Below, in pieces: positions 35,111 through 46,095 of a stretch of DNA of 64,000 bases. The stretch's first letter is position 1. Each line of letters opens with the position of its first letter. The notes beneath the pieces are model-generated. The model did no database searches and was not told the origin of the DNA. It saw only the letters and a program-made list of their open reading frames with translations. The translations under genes and the position numbers were made by a program. The DNA is from Trichodelitschia bisporula (taxonomy: Eukaryota), in NCBI GenBank assembly GCA_010356995.1, contig ML996694.1, forward strand, positions 371,224 to 435,223, in the 5' to 3' direction.

Positions 35111-38100
35111 CTACCGGTAAAACCTGAATTCAAGCATCTCTTCAATCATCTCCATCCAGCTCGGGTGCAGAGCCTTCGTCTGCCCCACACACGCCAGCTC
35201 CTCGAACAGGTTCTTCAGAACGCTGGCCAAAATGCCCAGCTGATTATTATTCCTCTGCCAGTGCTCCAACACATCCGCAGCGTGGATGACTTGCATACCA
35301 AATATGAAGACTTCGGGTTTGGATGCCCAACCCAAGGCACCGTCATGGTGTGCTTTCGCCCATGACACCAAGAGAGTCAGACCTTCGCACGTCCACGAAA
35401 AGAGACTTTTTGCAAGCTCATTCGGTATTGCTTGGGCCGACAGTTTACGTAGGACGCTGGCCCAGACATCAGCTTCACGGATCTCATCCACGAACAAGTT
35501 CTGTTTCTCCACTGCGAAGAGGTCGCTGTTTTCGGCTGTCGCTTCGGAGAAGCGCTCATCCGCCGAAGGGATGAATTTCGTTTCCAAAGCACAGCCAAGG
35601 AGTCGCTTGACAGCTTCGGTCGCCAGGTATGGTGAATCAGGGTATGATCTGGAGAGATGCTCAGCGAGGCGCTGACTCGCAACTAGAGAGACCATATCCT
35701 TTTGCGGGTGTCCGGATCTCGAAAGAAGGTCTTTGGCGGTCAATGAGCCAATCTCGCGAACCTCTTCATCATCGTCATTGAGGATCTGGTAAACCAAAAG
35801 GGAAGCTTCTAGATCAGCGACTTTCAAGTCTTCGGAACCTGGGACCATGAGCCATAAAATATCTAAGTGCGCGAGAGCCGTGGCTGCAGCAAGGCGAACA
35901 TTGAACGACTGCGTCAAATCAGCCGGTTGAATACAACGATTCCATCGAGGGTCAAAATACCTGAGAATCCTGCAGAAGAGGGCGAAGGATGGACAGCAAG
36001 CATGTAATCTCATCTGCGAGTGAAGTGTTGCAAGATGGTGCAGGAACTGTGCGAACAACGAGCAGTGCCCATAATACAACGGCCTTCTCAACAAGACTAG
36101 GCGGCGGAATCCGATTGCTTGAGACCATGCGTTTCAAGGTAAGAATCGCCGTATCTGGACTTTCCAAGGTTATCTGGGGAGCGGCGCGCTCAATCAAGTT
36201 CGCAAGCGCATCTTGGGCTGTGGCAGCTAAGATTGGGTCCTTTCTGTTCAGCGCATGTGTGAACAGCATCTCCGAGACCGCATTAATAGTTCCCCTTGGA
36301 AGATAAGCGGCATACTTCGACAGCGTGGTAATAGCCGCACAAGTGGCATCTGGAGCACTGTACTCGAGTGCGAAACCCATGTACAGGCGCCCTTGGACGG
36401 AATCCAAACGACCCGTGCCAGGATCTGGAGCTTGACGGAACTCAAGGATCGATCGAAGTACACAATGCTTACTCAGCTCTTTCGTTTGTATAGTGAACGA
36501 GCCCAATTCTGTCCGGTGAAGATGCTCCGAGCGAGTATGCTCATCCACCAGATTTGGCAAGGCCAAAAATGGCACTGCATCGAGGTCAGCACGTCCCATG
36601 GCAAGGAGTAAAGAGCATTAGCCTACCGTTCACTTCTGGTCTCACTATCATAGCGTGGCCGAAACAGTTCAAGAGGCTCAGATATGAGGCTGACGTGAAC
36701 TGGCAAGGATTTTCCACGTAGAACCGGTTGTACGAATGCACGATTCGTATGTAGGTGTTGGACAAAATGTCTGCGTAAAGGGTAAGCAGGAAGCCCTCTA
36801 TTATGATGGCACGCACCTTGGTATCGGTTCGGCCGCTCAGCAAGAAGTGCTTTTACGACATAATAGACGCACAACAGCCGTCCATGTAGCTGGTTTTGCC
36901 AGACTCCAAGGCAGCGCAGGCACTCGGTAAGAGCATCCTCGGCCTCTGAAGCTGGTACTAGGCCACAATAGGTCCGAGCAGCCATGTCACGAATGTGCCA
37001 GTGTGTGCTGTTGCACAACTCGAGGACCAATTCAACGATCTTCGCACGATGGTTCGATGGCGGAGGCAACCTCTGAATGATCTTCAGGGCTGGGAAGACG
37101 CTTTCAAAAGCCGCGTCGGATGTACGGAGACTATTGGTATCAACGGACAAGAGTCCGATGACGATCGCAAGCAAGTTTGGATAATCGTCGTAAGCGACCC
37201 GGAGTCCCTTGTTCTGGCCGTAGACACCAAGGTTTTGGGACTCCGTACTGCCGAAGAGCCGATCCACCAGAGCACGAAACAGCATCAGGCCGCAGTTCCG
37301 GATGGCCCATATCTCTGAGGTCAAGCACCGTCCGGCGAGATCAAGCGAGGAAACGATATAGGGCTCGGAGCTCGGCCCTAGGACGGTGCTGGTGAAAATG
37401 GCCTTGAGAGAGTTCATGGCGTGGACTTGAGGTAAATCCGCTCCGGTAGATAGGTTTTTGGACGAGTCTAATTGTGCAATGGCCTGGAGATCTTGGATGG
37501 CTTGAGCGAGCCGGGGCCCATGAGGGTCGCTGCTGAGGATTCCGGTAATAAGCGACGGGATACCAGCCGATCTCCTTGTGATAGTAGTACCTTTGTCCCG
37601 TATGCAGAGAAGGGCGTCCTCTGTCATTAGCAAATGATTGAGCAAATCATATAGCTTCCTACCTGATAGAGCTGGTCCAGCAAGGGCTCAAACCCCAGGG
37701 TCTGAGCTCTAGCACAGCAAGCAGTGAAACCTTGCGCTACTGCGGAAAAGGCTCCTCGGTGGCGAAGCTCCGACAGCTGCTGAAAGGAAAGGCTCGCAAG
37801 CTCCCCTAAATAGGCGTTGTCGGTTCTTAAGTGTCCAGTCGCATCGACGGGCCACTTGGACATAACCACTCGCAACAAGGTGCTTCAATAGTCAGAAAAG
37901 TGAAAGCACCGAATGGAAGTCAACATACCTAGCCTCTTTCAACGCCCTCCAAGCATAACTGAGCACATCCTTGGTGTTCAACTGACTGTCGTCCTCCAGG
38001 TCTTCCGGCATATGGCCTTCCGGGGCGTCATTGCAAAGGACGCCTCGCACGGCTTCCCAGACTGCCAGGAATATGCGGACAAGCCGGGAGTAAAGGTTCC

Positions 38101-40246
38101 TCCAGAAAAGATAAAAATGATCCTTTTCAGCAATGTCAGCCCGATGAAAGGAATCATAGAAACTAGGAGAATCCATGATGTATCTACAGATCATTAACAT
38201 GAGGAACGGCAGCTAGAGGGCAGGAAGACCTAAGACTAGCCAAAAGACCATGCATGGGATATCTGCCAACTGCCAGAGAAATATCTTTCTTTGAGACTTC
38301 CAGGCTCCTGTCAAGCCGAAGAAGAAGGTGGTTCACGATGTCATGCCTGGTGGTCCACCATTGCGTTGAATCAGGGGGTTCAATCGCGGGGCCCAGGCCA
38401 GCCTTGTCATAAAACAGAGCATATGCTCGTGAAGTCCCATCGCTGTGGTCCGCTCGCCCACTTTCTGACATGAGGCCTTCCGCCCTCTTCAGGAAACCGG
38501 CCATACTCTCCGTCAGGTCTTCTGGAGACGTGGGCTGCATCTTCAAAAGTGCCGTTGCCAATGCACGAACGTCGTCAAAGGGGTCCAGCACTAGGTCATA
38601 GAGAAGCCGTAACAGACCAGGAGTGTAGATTAGCAAGGAGAATGGCCACTTCCCCTCTACCGACGCGTGCTTAGATACTGACTGCAGCTGCACGGAGGAA
38701 TCCAATCCAGAGTTGACGATGACGACTAAGGTTTTGAGGGAAGAAATATGATGCTGGTAGCTTGCCGCAGGATGCAGCTGGTTCCGGAGAAAGGCGACAA
38801 ACCAAGTCAAAAATGCTTCGTGCTCATTGATTTGCGCTGCCGCTTCCGTGGCTTCCTGTCTCTTCTCCGGCTCGTCAGTGCGCTCGCCCTTAGCCACAAG
38901 TTTAGATAAGGCAAAAGCGGCGGCTCGAAGGCGGTCAATCATGCGTTGAATGAGTGTTAGAACTTCCCCGCGAGTTCCGGCGTCGGTTTCTGTAATCAGA
39001 TGCGCCAGATTGTTTTGCAGTGAGATAAGGCTTTCATTGCTAAGCGGTCTTGTGGTTGAAGGGGATGAGATGACGAGGGAAAGACCAGCAAGCCTCACAG
39101 CATCTAACCCGCTTTGCATCAATCGGCTGAATGCTCGGACCGGAATCCGGATGGTTCCTGATACTACCTCAATCTCCTTTGAGCTATCGTGGTGGCTTTC
39201 AATGAGAACACCAATCTCCTTGCCGGTTTGCAATGCAGTGTAGAGAAGAGTGGATATGACATCATCTTCCGATGAAGCCGATCTGCTAGCAGGTGATGGG
39301 GTCAGCGCCTCTTGAAGTCCCAGGATTTCGAGGAAGACTAGGTAATCCGGAACGCTAGATTTGAAGAGCCCCGGAAAGAGGTTGATTCGGAAGCTCGTAA
39401 TGGCCTCCGGAGAAGCTCTCAAGCACGCAATCAAAGGCTCCACCCAAAGAGGCGGAGGTAGAGGTCCTTCTCTGAGAGAATTCTGGCGCCGAGCGACAGC
39501 AATGTGCTGGCAGATAATATCGGCAAGCTGGCCAGCAGCAGGAGCGGAGTCCTGAAATTGGACATAATGGAAGATTGATCTCAGAAGCTCCCGTAGTTCC
39601 TGGGCTTCGGTGAGCCTTTCTGTAGGCTGCGAGGGATCTAGATTCTCCCTAATGGCGTCCGAAAGAAACTGGAGATCGAAAACCCCCTTGGAGAGGAAAA
39701 TTGAGATGCCTTGCAGCGCTGGTTTAACCTTCGCCCGATCACCCTGCCTCGATAGGACGTGGTACGCCTCTGTAGCCGCCTTCCGCAGCACCACTTCCTT
39801 CGCGGTCGAGTCCCATTTTGCCAGCAATCCGCAAAGTGCGATTAGAAGCTGCCGCATGGATTTGCCTTTTGCATTGTCGGACCGGTCCAGAAAAATGTAG
39901 AATATGGTCATCCATTGGTCGTGGTCTAAGCATGCCGCATCGTGTTTCTTGAGCCGTTCCAGTACGCCGCATATGGCATTCGTCGCCGCGGCCCGGTGGG
40001 CCGAGCTGATCTCTGGCGCCTGGGCCGTTTGGATGAACGCCTGGAGGGCTTCGTGCTCATAGCTGGAAGTGGGTTAAACCGTGATTCTGGGGTTGCTCGC
40101 TGCCAACATACAAACCATGGCGGGGGTTTATGTTTTCCTTACTTTATGCTTCCAGCCACGTCTTTTGAATCTCGGGCCAGACATCGCTGCAAATTCTTCG
40201 AGTATTCTCGAAGGAACACCTCCGGAACTGGAACCGAAAAATCCAT
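35111..40246 (-). CDS. TRM732: THADA/Trm732-family HEAT-repeat protein (DUF2428), tRNA 2'-O-methylation cofactor; eight exons
   Basis: LVLDPFDDVR; LCNDAPEGH; VLSYAWRALKEAS; LRHRGAFSAV; TITRRSAGIPSLI; PQVHAMNSLK; WAIRNCGLMLFRAL; QILNDDDEEVRE; LFAVEKQNLFVDE. Confidence 0.9.
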
Positions 40247-40599
40247 TGCAACAGTCAAACACTGTAGCCAAGAGCTGCACAACAGAAGAGAGTCCTAGAA
40301 GGAAGAAATTAACTTTCCGGGAAATTTTAGGAGTCACGACTCTCGGAGGGTTGACGTCGTTTTGCCTCGGGGTAACCTTTTTCCGCGAGGCCAGGGCAAG
40401 AGAATAGCGTAGGTAGACTGCCACGACAAACCTGCCATGAGGAGCATTTTTATAAATGAGGAAATGCGCTTATGTACGCTAGCATCATCACATGATGACG
40501 AAAAGAACCGTGCCCCATACAACTCCGTGCGCCATAAACCCACAATCTATAGACATATGCTCAACCAACACCAAGAACGCAGCCGGGTATCCCTATCGC

Positions 40600-42044
40600 T
40601 TACCCCGCAACCAAGAAACTCATCAAGCTTCCCGCTGCCAACCCAGAGACCAAGCATAACCCCATGAACGCACCCGCAGCCTCCCTTTCTTCAGGTTCTA
40701 CGTACTCCACAGCGCCCATCATGCACGTGGTCCCGATGAAGCCATTCGATATGCCGAACAGAAGTTGTACTACGACGAGATAGAAAAAGTCGCTGGAGAT
40801 GACAGCGCCATGCCCCTCGATGTTGCACATGAGATATAGAGGGATAAAGGCAACCCGTGAGATGGCGATGAAAAAGACAAGGCGTGGCTTATCCATGGTG
40901 CGCAGGGCGTGTATGGCGGGGAGCATGCGGCCGATAAGGTCGCCAGCATTCCAGAAGAGCAACGCGAGCGGGACGAATGTTTCGTTCTTGAACAGCCGTC
41001 CGGCGGTTCCCGGATCGCGTACGCTGAAAATCTTTTGGGTGAAGACAGGGAACACCATAGTGATGCCAAAGCCGAGGAAGAGTGAAGTGGCAAGCCAGAA
41101 GGTCTTGCGGAAGAGCACCAGGAGCGGGACGCGCTTCCGTTCAGCTTCGATCAGCATGCTACCCTCCATGCTCATAATCGAAGTGGATAGATTCTGTCTA
41201 TGTTGGCTCCGATAATGGCGCATTACGAGAGGGAAGAAAGCGAGCAGAGTGATCAGCGATATGGCCGTCGCGGTGATGAAGTAGATCAAAGCCGATGTGG
41301 ACGACTCCTCGGGGTCATATGTGACTGTGGTGGATTCGGGAACCGAGAGCACGGAGACAATCTGAACCATGGCAGGGAGAACTCCGGCGACAGCCTGGCC
41401 TGCCATGATAGCCTGCGTGTATTCCTCTCGCCCAAACCCGGACGCGTAGGCGAACAGGCCATTCTGGAGAATGCCGGTCGCAAAGCTGGCGAAGAGGACT
41501 TGTACGATGATGAAGGCGAAGTATTGGCCTGAGGAGACATGAAGGAAGAGCTTCGTGGACATCGCAAGGAGAGTGAACACAACGCTGTTGAGGAGAAGCC
41601 CGACCACGACACGCCTCGAATATGAGGCCTTCGCCTGGAGGTTGGCGAAGATCAGAACGGCACTTAGATTGGAAGTCGTCGAAGCCACCAGCTCGGCAGG
41701 CTGGAAGTTCTGCAGGACCCATTCGTTCGCTTGAAAGCGCTTCTTGAAGTAAGGACCAGAGGCTATAAACATGTTCCTGCAGCCCATTAGCAGCGCCTTA
41801 TAACCAGTGACCAAAGCACATACCATGCCCACAGCATAGCCACACCCAGCAGCAGGAAGACAGCATAGTTGGCCCATGAGAACTCCTCATCCGGTTCCAG
41901 CGACTGTTCGTCCTCATCGTCCCGATAGCCGCTCTGGAAACCAACCTCGTCCAACGCCTCAACGCGCAAAGGTTGGGCCTCTCCTTGAGCATCGATCGGC
42001 TCATAGGACTGCCTTCGCCGCAGGATCTCGCGTATATGATTCAT
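40600..42044 (-). CDS. FUN26: Equilibrative nucleoside transporter (Fun26-like). Intron 41823-41777
   Basis: LLGVAMLWAW|NMF; QAIMAGQAVAGV; WNAGDLIGR; LFGISNGF; EREAAGAFMGLCLVSGL. Confidence 0.9.
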
Positions 42045-42734
42045 GATGAACGGGTAACAAGGTGGGACCGAACGGTGCGATCATGGAAGAGCCGGCCGAA
42101 CCGTCCCGCTTTTGACTACGTTGCGCAAGCGTCGTGACGTAGGAAATGTCGGGTTGGGGGCAAGATGGTGTAAAATTTCATGCCCCGCGCCGTACAAACA
42201 TAGCCGGGAAAGAAAATAGTTCCAAGGCAGATGTGCGCGTGGTGTGTCTTACTATCAGTGTCGGTGACCTGCGCGCGTGAGGTTGCGCGCCAGACGGCGT
42301 TATCCGATGCCAAGTGTGATCCCGCCGCAGTGGGGGCTCGGCAGCTAGCCGCTTTGGGCATGACGTTGGCGGTCACCAAACTCCATACAAATTTATATGG
42401 GAACGGTGGCCGCACCACATGACTGCGACTCTCTGCATGCAAGTATGCTTTGCATTCCCAGATTCAAGCAATTCATATGCCATGGCGCTCGGACCAAGTG
42501 GTCATTGACGAGATATTGCTGCCAAAGCCTTTCGTCTCAAAATGTACAACGCAGAGCCCAACAATAAAGTTAGGGCGATGCCCAATCGGCCTATCTATAT
42601 GAGCTGTACAAACGCAAAAAACGCCCGCTAAACCTCTAGCGCTGTCCAGTAAAACCGTTGCGATAAGTCGGCAAGAAAACACTATTATGCTAGCTCCCTC
42701 GCCCGCGCCAAACTCCAACAGCCGCTTGCGTACG

Positions 42735-44721
42735 CTACAGTTCAGGCGCCAAACAAAAGTCACCAGGACATGGCCTTTTCAGGGGATGAGCTTCGGTGTT
42801 GCTGTGGATAGTTAGGGTTGGCTCGACATGAGGGTCTCCGGTTTGTAACTTACAAGACGTATTCGTCTAGGCTGATCAACTCCGGCTCACTAAAGATCAA
42901 GTAAAAGTACTTGAGCGTCTCGGCCATCCAAAACGACTCGCTAGAGTCGATCTTCGGCGGCCACGCCTGCGTAACGTCCTCGATGCCAGCGTATGATATC
43001 CCCGTGTGGGTGACGTTATGGATGGCGTTGAACATCCTCCATGCGGTGTCCTGGTACTTGGTGTCGCCCGTAATACGGTACAAGATAAAGATAGACTCAA
43101 TCGCCTCGGGGCGCAAGATGTACCGACTGTCGCGAATCTCCGAGAACCCGGGCGGCAAACGGAACTGTCCGATCAACCGCTCGGCCCGGTCATCCAAGCT
43201 ACTCGGGACATCGCCCTCGAGCGTCACCATTGACGAGCTGACACTCTTGTACCAAAGGGACTTGTCCCACTTGCAGTCCGTCGCATTCTCGCAGGGCACG
43301 GCGCGGAAGATCTCAGGCATGATACCCGTCTTCGTGCTTTCATAGGCCCACGCACACCCGTCGACGAGCTTGCGCGCAACATCGAGGTCCTGGTCGCGGC
43401 CAAATATCTTTGCGCCGATGCCAACCATGCCGCCAGTAAAGCATGTGAGATGCTGACCTTCCGCGGTAAGCTTGATGGGCTCGGCAACCATCTTCTTAGC
43501 GGTGCCCGAGATAAGGACATCTCGATTGTCTGGTGTCATGGGCCGGAAAAAGAGGTACTTCTTTGCTGCATCGATAGCGTTTTCGTACATGACCCGGTAC
43601 TGGTTGGACAGTCCGCCGAGGAGGAGGTACTCCTGCTGCGCATGAGACGCGCCTACGGAACAGACAATAGGGACGATCTCACCTTGGGTAAGTACTCATA
43701 TAGAGAATCAGACATGCCCCCAAGAGTAAATGTGTAATCATGGGTGACAATCGGACCGATGGCCGCGTTGAATATGATGGGCCACAGGCCGGGGAGCTGG
43801 GTACGGTTCTGGCCCGACTCGATCACATTTGTGATACGCTGCACAGCATCATAATACTTTGGGTCGCCCGACACCTGGCTTAGCCGTGTGAACTCCAGAG
43901 TCAACGAGCCCATCTCCGCTGCAAGCGTGTAGGTGCTAGCTTCTTGCTCCCGGCCATTGACAGCCCTGTGGGTGTCAGCTGTCAAACTGCGAAATGATCG
44001 TCGCAGACACATACTTCTTCCATGGCCACCTTGTCAGCGGCATGCGATTTGGCGTGTCGAATGCTTTATACAACATTTCACCGATTTCAAGAGCCTTCTC
44101 CATCAAAATGGGGTACTTGCCGCCGCTGAGATCATTCGCACTCAATAAACCGCCGAGATAGCGAATGGTCGTCTCAAAGACGTTCACGTGCTCCAAATGT
44201 GTCGTCGTAAAGTCAATCTTTCGGAGTGCCTTCACGGCAATTTCGAAGTCGTGCGTCATGTTCAAAATCAGAAGCGAGTCCAGGGCATCGACCAGCGTTG
44301 CACCCCATCCGCCAAACGGATCGCGATGCCCCTTCGTCACCGGGGCAACTTCATCGTGCAGCCAGGCATACTTGGTGTAGCCCTTCCACGAGTGCACAAA
44401 TGCCTTCTTGACAGTGTCACGACGCTTGAGCCTTTCGACTTCGTGCGCGTGATCTTCGGGCTTGAAATCATGCTGAATGCGGGGAATATTGACAGGCGCC
44501 CCCGTAGGCAGGGCGATGAAATCGGACACGGGAAAATGCTGGGGGACTTCTTTCCATTTGATGGGGTACGGGAATTCGCCGTGACGACTCCAGGGAAAGG
44601 CTGGGAGTACTAGCACTGAGTGCCTGTCCCCACCGGCGTGGAAAAAGAGGAAGAGAGTGATGACCGTGGCTACGCACAACAGCGTCCAGCGGCGGATTAG
44701 GGGGGTCATCATTGTCGGCAT
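42735..44721 (-). CDS. Class I alpha-1,2-mannosidase (GH47), type II membrane anchor; four exons
   Basis: FGGWGATLVDALD; FETTIRYLGG; SLTLEFTRLSQ; DSLYEYLPK; HLTCF; YILRPEAIES; SFWMAETLKY; FNTEAHP. Confidence 0.95.
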
Positions 44722-45039
44722 CAAGGGAGAAGCATTAGACTCCTGTTGTCCAACCTGATGTCATCGTCGACGCACTTTGAAAGGAGAGTGGCTATCTCGA
44801 GCCAAGCTCGGCCAAGGTGGTGGACAGAGTGTGGCGTGTGTGGCTTGTGGAAGGGTTGGGCGCACAGGCCAGCCGGCATCAGAACCCAACCTCACGGCCT
44901 TGGGACAATCAACCACCAAGTGGTTTGCAGACAGCGATAGATATCTGGTAGTCCTGAAAACATCGCACACACCTCTTCCTTTTCTGCAAACCCCTTCCAG
45001 GCGCAGTTGAACTACATCAGAACTACAGAAATATTTCTG

Positions 45040-45254
45040 GTTAGTTTTACTCCAGATTCTCCCCCTGCGAGTACTCCTCTCATTTCGTAAACTACCGTAG
45101 CATCAAGTCTAATCTCGTGATTTTCAGCATCGGATCAGAATATAAACTACTATCTCGTGGCTCTTTGATCTATAGCCTCCCATTTACACCGTCTGCTGAA
45201 CATCCGGACTTGGAGGCTTTTATATTCCCATTTTGCGGCTACTAACGCCACCAG
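45040..45254 (+). other. Candidate 215-nt 5'UTR intron of MED20 with internal hairpins
   Basis: GTTAGT donor (45040), TACTAAC branch (45240-45246), CAG acceptor (45254). Confidence 0.5.
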
Positions 45255-45300
45255 CCCATCTCGCTGTTAGGCCTCGCCATCACTTCCTCCATCTCCGACT

Positions 45301-46095
45301 ATGTCTCGCACCGCGAGCGTGTACGTTACCCGATAACACTAGCCCTCAAGCCCAGTACTCAGTCTCAGTAGCATCTTCTTCCTCCCCGGGGCGCAAGAGG
45401 CCACCTCCCTCTCCACCCTCATCGAACGCCTCGTCCGTACCACCAACGGCAACCCGCTGGGGAAATGGGGTCTCGAGCATCGGATTCTCCGCTCCACCGC
45501 CTCCAACCTAGCCGATGACAAAACGCACCCACCTCGCCTCCACCACATCCTCCACCTCCTCAACTGGCCACAGCTCACCCACATCGTCATCTCCGGCGGA
45601 CCCCCTTCGCCCAACGGCAACGCCGACCCCACCCAAGCACTCGAAACCATCATCGCCATCCCCTACGCCCAACAAGCCAGCTACATCCAGCTGCTTAAGT
45701 TGAAGATGGGCGCCCTCTGGACTCCCCGCACGGTGCTGCAAGTCGCCAACGGCTCCGCATACGAGGCGGGCGAAATCACGATCCGACTGGGCGATCTGCG
45801 GCAGTTGGTCGGGCCGGGCGCACATCACGGCGTGGTCTGCTTCCTGCAGATGCAGTTTGAGGTTCCGGGAGAGGGGGAAGACGGGTTGGGCGGAGGGGCC
45901 ATGGAGGTCAGTGTCAGTCCCGAGGCCGTGGCGATGGCAGAGCAGAGCGCAAAGGACGCGCTCACGGAGTTTTGGCAGAACTCTGGGGTAGGGGGTACGG
46001 CGCGGGAGACGTGGCGGTTTTCGGGCCCGGGTGAGGCGGAGAATGGGTTGGGTGAGGCGGGGCTGTGGTGTGACGTTTTGAGGTTGCGGAAATGA
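45301..46095 (+). CDS. MED20: Mediator subunit 20 (Srb2). Exons 45301-45320, 45372-46095
   Basis: Spliced product MSRTASVIFFLP..KWGLEHRILR..LKMGALWTPRTVLQVANGSAYEAGEITIRLGDLR resembles fungal Med20. Confidence 0.75.

Noticed and set aside
43633..43638. CAGCAG tandem acceptor in GH47 intron 2
   Set aside because: Common NAGNAG that changes a single residue; no evidence of significance.
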